Of a DNA stretch of 64,000 nucleotides, positions 57,850-64,000 are shown piece after piece (the first letter of the stretch is position 1; every line of letters starts with the position of its first letter). The notes below the pieces were generated by a model, which did not search any database, had not been told where the DNA came from, and worked only from the letters and a program-made list of their open reading frames with translations. Made by a program: the position numbers and the translations under genes. This DNA comes from Macrostomum lignano (taxonomy: Eukaryota): contig NIVC01001831.1 of NCBI GenBank assembly GCA_002269645.1, positions 1-64,000 of the forward strand. Reading direction: 5' to 3'.

Positions 57850-58600
57850 GAGTGATGGAGGCTAAAATTAAGATAAATTTTTCAATTTCAATGCAAAGGG
57901 GCTCTTAAGTCTTAAGGTTAAGGTCTTAAGGCTCTTAAGGTTAAGGACTTTTAATAGAGCCTATAAAACCTTTGGTGACACAATGGTAGATATTTTACAG
58001 ACAGAAAAGTAACCCCTGTTACAACCAGTGAGACCACTGGGTAAAATACAAAAAGTAGCGCAGCAGTGAATAAAAAGCGCAGACAATGTTCTAATTTCCT
58101 ACTGCTCTAAAAAGACAAAAATTGATGACATGCTTTCTAAATATACTAAATCTCTAAGGTTTGTATGCTTGAATGAATGTCCATAACGCTCTAGTATTAT
58201 TTTCTAAAGGTGACACTTAGATGTCTCTATACTCTACTCTCCAGTTTACAGTTGTACAAACAAATAAAAGCTTCTGCAGCGGCGGCACATCTGACCATCA
58301 CTGATTTATTTTTTCACAAGGGTGGAAATAGCACCTAAGTATGCTAACAAATCACTATGCATTGTGAAACATAAAATGAGAAATGTTAAGTATATAGCTC
58401 GACTATTCTAAAAGATGGCAGGCACTTTGGCAATCCCCATTTCAATAACAATTGCTAACCATATAACAGTATCTAGAGATAGGTGTCTAGTTCGGTGTTT
58501 AGAGATAGCCACTTACACAGCTAAATTTAACTAAGCCATTTAATATTTTAATTTAAACCCAAATTGGGGCTGCCCTGGCCTAAGCAAAAAGTTTCTCAGA
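57850..58600 (+). mobile_element. Heavily decayed LINE-like (CR1/L2-type) remnant
   Basis: Stop-ridden fragments resembling APE (NAKGL near 57893) and early RT (IARLF*KMAGTLAIPISITIAN near 58395); weak. Confidence 0.25.
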
Positions 58601-59796
58601 AAACATAAAGTTCAAAAGTCGCTAATTGAAAATGTTTAAACAAACGGTCAATGAACATTACAAAGTCACAACACAATAGATGTGTGAAAAACTTCTATTA
58701 GTGTTAGTTGTATGGCTTCTAGTCTTTTAAATACTTGAAAATAATGTGCAAAGCATGTACGCTTACTGTTAATAGCTTTAGTTCAGTAACTAATTAAAAC
58801 CTTTGCTTTTGCTTGTGTCAACTAAAGAGTTGATCAATCAATTTTTTTTCGCAAGCTCTTTTTAGGTACAGATTTTTAGGTGCTGCAATCATTAGATCTG
58901 AATTCTGTTAGGAAAACTGGTGTAGTCTACTATTCGGATCCAGTAGTCTACGGCGTAAATGTACAAGGTACATGTACGTCGCGTGGTACGTAACATGCAC
59001 TGTACATGTATACTACAAATGTACGTACATCTACATGTACTGTAGCATGTACTTCTGAATACAGTCGCAAGTTTTCATGTATTTATTTTGCTTTTGCATG
59101 TTGTTATCCTCTGCACTAGGCTGGTGGGCGCGGGTTTTTGTACGCGCAGACGAATGCAATTCAATGCGCACCTATAATTATTTTATGATCGGGGCGTATG
59201 TTTGAGGAAGAAAGATCGACGACGACGCTATATTGTACATGTACTTCCCACGATATTCTGAGAATGAATTCGGAAAACATCATGTACATGCAAGTTTTGA
59301 GACCTAGACGCACATGACTTGCTGTAATGGAAGCGTTTTTTGAGGCACACTTTTACATGTAAATTGACGAAGAAGAAGTTTATACAAAGAGATTTGTTTT
59401 CAATCCCCGTAGTAACTATTACTGCACACAGTGTTATTTACTGCACACAGTGTAGCTCGCGTTTACTTTTAATACGGATAAGTGGCGTTGATTTATCCGG
59501 CCGGGTTAGTACGCTCGTAAGTACAATACAGCGATTGCGGCATCAATTGCGCGAAGATCCCATCCAAAACTGAGAAAAATAAAGAGGAAACAAAACAATT
59601 GAAAGGGGATAGTGGCTGTAAAAATCAAAACTTGGCGGTTGTCGAATTCGCATTGAAGAAGACGTTCCATTGCTAGTTTTTTAAACCCGAGTCAGTATTT
59701 CCGGAGTATAGTAGTGTATCGTCTCCACGGCCTCTTTAACTGAACAGAAGTCCGTTTGTACTTTCCCATTGCTCATTAGAAACTCCGTAGGAAGTC

Positions 59797-62700
59797 TCAG
59801 TTGCCTGTCGAGCGGGGCTGCGACTCTTCTTTCTTGAAGACATCCATCAGCTCGTCCAGCACGGTGGCCACCTTCTGTGGATTGCGCTCGCTCAGGTTGA
59901 TTCCCTTCACAATCTGCCGCTTCACTTTGGGCTGGACGCGGGCCTTGGCCTCGGTTGTCGGAATGTCCTCGTACGGATCGAACAGCGGATTAAAGAAACC
60001 CTTCACGTTGCTGTACCTGTGATCGGGTAGTTAAAGTCGGTTTTTGGTCAAAGTCAAGCAAGATCATGAAGGTGCGTGAAGCCACGAATGGCACAACTTA
60101 GGAAGATCCTGACAGAAACCCAGCTAAGCATTGAAACCTAGTTGGTGCCCAACTGAACTCCTAATTCTGTCCTAAAACATAGTCGATAGCCCCCGAAAAC
60201 CTTTCTGACTGGTGCTTAAGGCCAGTAGCCAATAGCTCTAGTAACCTAGCGAATTACGGGTGCTCCCACTGAGACTAACGTAAATTTGAACCGCCCAGAA
60301 TAAAACCGGCCCTGTACATACTTGTCCTTGAGCGACTTGAATACGTTCAGCCGAGTTTTGACTTCCTCGAAGATGCTGTCCTCGCGGCCGACCATGGAGC
60401 GCCAACCGGGCACCACCCGGTCCACATTCTTGGCGCTGATGCGGTCCTTACCCAGCAGGTCGTCCGGATTGGCGCCGGCTACCTGGGCATCCTGTACCAG
60501 CTTCTCCTTGAACTCGTTGAAGCTGACAATAGGTACGGCCTTCTCCAGTCCGGCCTGGCCGCTCTTCTTTGGTCGCTTAGTGCCCGAAGCCTTCGGCTTG
60601 GCCGCCTTCTCCGTCACTGGACTGGTGGCCGGAATCTCGGCGATGGCCTGGCCGAGCAGTTGGAATCTCTGGTTGAGCTCTTCGCGGCGGTCCTTCACGA
60701 AGTCGTACTTGATCGGCCCGATGTAGATCTTGGTGACGTTGATGCGTTCGGCCAGCTCGCGGCCGGGCACCAGGGAGCGCGGGTAGGGCGAAATTGGGTT
60801 GCGCTTCAGATGCTCCTTCTCGAAGCAATACTCCAGGTAGATATTGTCCTCATTGATGAAGCGAATGTTCTTGATGATGGCGTCCGGTTTGATCTTCTTC
60901 TTGCCCTTCTTCGATTTAGCGTCGTCTTTGGCTGAAAGACGCGCAAAGTCACCATCAAAGTTTTTGAAAGGACAGCTGAGGCTGATTTACCAAGAAATCA
61001 GCCCACTACTAACTTAAAATTTCATGAGATGTATTAATATAGCTAACGCAGCATGACTTATCTAAACTGGATAAAATACAACATGAAATTTCGCCGTGTT
61101 CTCATAAATGTACAATTAAATAACAACAACAGAAAAAATTGGAGCCCCCAACTCACAGGAGCCAGCTTTGCTCTCAGTAATGCTGGTTGTTGGCAGCAGC
61201 ACCTGTGGGAACGGCACACCAAGCTGCTTGTCACCGAATATCCACTCGCGACGTCGGTTCATGATCAGCTTCATCTTCTTGAGCTTGAACTTTGCCTTCA
61301 TCTCTTTGTCGGATAGAATAAAATAGGAAGCATCCATGATTTCTTCCTCTTGCTCTTGCTGGAATTGGGAAAAGTGGAAAAAAGGACACTTTATTAATCA
61401 CACTGGTGGAACTTCGCGTATCTTGCGTCAAACTCTTGCTCGATTCCGATTGGCATGCAGTACTGAACATCAGCTTAAGATTTAAAATATCACCCCATAA
61501 TTAATAGCCACTTCCCCTACATGACCTACACGCCCCCTTCCAGAATGCAACTACCCTCTTCAGAATGCTACAGGTCACGCTCTCAATATGCTACTTTGAA
61601 CGTGCCATCAAGTCACCCTCAGAATTAGCCAGATCCCACTCTCAACACGCAAGATAGCAAGAGCCCGATCAGCTTAAAACGGAATCAAACCACCGTCAAC
61701 TCCAAGGCGCACCTCCTGAGTCTCATCCTCTTCTACATCGTCGCTTGTCGCGGCTGCGGCACTGTCGACCTTGTCGTAGCAGACGGGGTGGCCAGGGAAG
61801 TCGGGGCCGCACACGGAACTGTTCGGATAGCCGATGTCTGACCTGGCCGTAAAGTTGCGCGGCGGCTCCTGAACTCCAAACTGGCTGCGGAACAGGAACT
61901 TGTCCTGCGTGCCCAGCGGGTGGAAGGCGTACACGTAGGCCTGCGCGGTCTTCACCGGGCCGTTGCTGGGCAGCAGGTTGCCGGCGGCGAACAGGCGGTT
62001 GTTTTGTTTCCAGCTGGAGTCCAGCACCGTACGCTGCTCTGTAGCTCCGTACGGAGTGTCGCAGTTCATGTCGCCATAGTTAATTGAGCATTTATTGCTG
62101 CGCTGGAACGGGAAGTACAGCTCCATGTTGTCCACGGAGTTCTCGGTCGTGTAGATGCCGAATTTGAAGCTGGAAGTTAAACACGAAAAATACAATTAAA
62201 AATCTTGACAAACTGAGCTAATCAATTGGTATGGAATAGTCAAGAATAGAGAGGTATTTCTTGGCACACAAATTAGAAAGAAGTCAACAGAATGCCCAAC
62301 TCACCGCTGTTTGTTGTACACGAGTCGCTGGCGGTATTCGGGAAACCAGCGCTCCAGCATGGTGTTGCAGATCTTCACCATGGTGTAGTCTGGGCCCTGG
62401 ATCTGCACAATCAGATATTTGATCCATTTAAACTTGCCAACCTGCTTGTTTAGGATTCGGTTTGTTATGAGGATGCCGCACTTTGATTTTCGAGAGCATT
62501 TTTTAATGATGGCAGAGTATTGCGGCTTCAGCAGGTTGAGATTCTCGTCTGCGGAAGAAAGTGGATGCAACAAGACTGATTACTTCGGTTTGGATTCATT
62601 CATACGAATTAAGAGACTTGTGTCTGAGCCCTGAGGTGATTTTGTTTCCTAGATATGCATTCAGCCATCTAAACAAGTTTTGAGCACCTTTCAGGAACAG

Positions 62701-63321
62701 CAGGTACTCGCAGACAACTGGCTTGTTCTGCTGGTGCCACTTGGCAATGTTCTGGCCAAGCTCAACGGCAAACTTGTGCTGCACCCGCTCATCGCTCGTC
62801 AGGTTCCCCGACTCGTCGCGTGGCGGAAAGGTCTCGCGCTGGTCAGCGGCGGTCACATGCTCCCAGTAGGGTCCGAGCAGGTTGTTGTCTGTTGAGGTGA
62901 AGGGGCGCAGTTATCTTGTTCTGGCAGGTTGACTGTTCGTTTCAATTAATTTAATTTAATTAATATCAGTGTAACTTTTACCCTTAACTTTAGCTTTTGC
63001 ATCGCTGGCAATCGTTTTAATTGCAATTGCAATTCACTAAAATACAATGGAACCCCGGAAATCCCAGAAAGCAAACCTACCTGAGGTGAACATTCGCAGG
63101 TTCCTCGGATCATTGAGCTTCTTGTCCAGAAACGCCTGCTTCCTTGCAGCCTTGGCCGCTGCCTCATCATTGCCCGCGGCGGCGCTGTTATTCGCTGGCG
63201 GCTGTTGGTCTTCCTGGATGAGGGCCGAGCCCTGGGCGTTGTTGTTGCCCTGAGAGTTCAGGCGATGGCATTGCTGCAGCTCCTGCTGGTCCAGTGGCAT
63301 GTTTTGAGCGTTCAGCTCCAT
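59797..63321 (-). CDS. Uncharacterised ~690-aa protein; exons 63321-63081, 62888-62688, 62548-62442, 62402-62305, 62169-61713, 61358-61220, 60931-60322, 60016-59797
   Basis: Eight exons join through GT-AG sites with consistent phases (1,1,0,2,0,1,2) into 2073 nt without stops. Lys-rich KDDAKSKKGKKK segment. No family recognised. Confidence 0.75.
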
Positions 63322-63748
63322 TTTTAAGCAGGCACAGACAGCTTGGCTGGATTTGGGTCTTTCGGTGCTTCAATTCGGTATCAAGTGAATTGCGATTAAG
63401 TGCCAACTGTTTCTTCGGCTTGACTTGAAAGACGGGGCATTGACTGACTTCAATCACATAGACATGCGCGCAGCCTCCCTCCCGGACCAAACAGCGTTCA
63501 GGCGTTCGGGCCATAGACAGCGATATACTTGAAGTATTTAAGCTGTCTCAGCCAAGCAAAGCAACAAAAGTTTACTTTGACAATCGCACTTGCAGAGTTG
63601 TAGCTAGAAGATAAATATGCATTTTTAGGAAGCTGTTTGCATCGACCCTGAAGAAGGCATTTTTCATCTCATAAAGCATAGAGAAAACGATTTCCCGGGA
63701 TAATATTAAATAAGGTGAAAGCTAAAAAACGAAAAAAAAATACAAGGC

Positions 63749-64000
63749 CTGGTCTGGTCTGGTCTGGTCTGGTCTGGTCTGGTCTGGTCTGGTCTGGTCT
63801 GGTCTGGTCTGGTCTGGTCTGGTCTGGTCTGGTCTGGTCTGGTCTGGTCTGGTCTGGTCTGGTCTGGTCTGGTCTGGTCTGGTCTGGTCTGGTCTGGTCT
63901 GGTCTGGTCTGGTCTGGTCTGATCTGGTCTGGTCTGATCTGGTCTGGTCTGGTCTGGTCTGGTCTGGTCTGGTCTGGTCTGGTCTGGTCTGGCCTGGTCT
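63749..64000. repeat. (TGGTC)n pentanucleotide microsatellite running off the window end
   Basis: About 50 copies. Confidence 0.99.

Noticed and set aside
58920-59340. Clusters of TACATGTA-type palindromes (also 12780-13160) as a defined element
   Set aside because: No termini, TSD or extended alignment between the clusters; likely low-complexity background.

Overview
Animal (eukaryotic) genomic DNA with GC-rich exons, short or repeat-filled introns and many minisatellites; the style is reminiscent of a macrostomid flatworm (low-confidence inference). 1-12621: right-hand ~12.6 kb of an endogenous Polinton/Maverick (adintovirus-type) DNA virus-transposon. It carries a pX-like core gene, a frameshifted protein-primed PolB, an adenain-type protease, a gasderminX-like gene, an A32/FtsK packaging ATPase, core-like ORFs, major and minor capsid genes, palindromic subterminal repeats and a candidate right terminus. 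The integrase and left TIR are not in the window. Host genes reconstructed by hand: Rab11 (4 exons, 218 aa, 14232-23563 +), an NWD-type NACHT protein with a 69-Q tract (6 exons, ~1997 aa, 25923-33246 +), two tandem GT32 glycosyltransferase paralogs (352 aa each, minus strand) with near-identical catalytic exons but diverged anchors and introns, a low-complexity ~460 aa gene (55310-53069 -) and an unrecognised 8-exon ~690 aa gene (63321-59797 -). Also present: an internally deleted mariner, a hAT MITE, a TIR element whose arm has expanded into an 85-bp satellite, SINEs, Crypton and P-element remnants, and more than ten tandem arrays. There is no CRISPR array and no rRNA or tRNA gene. Best leads: the virion maturation and entry gene set of the Polinton, an intronic minisatellite apparently seeded from the Rab11 exon 3 splice junction, a CpG desert over Rab11 intron 1, and exon-restricted homogenisation of the GT32 pair.
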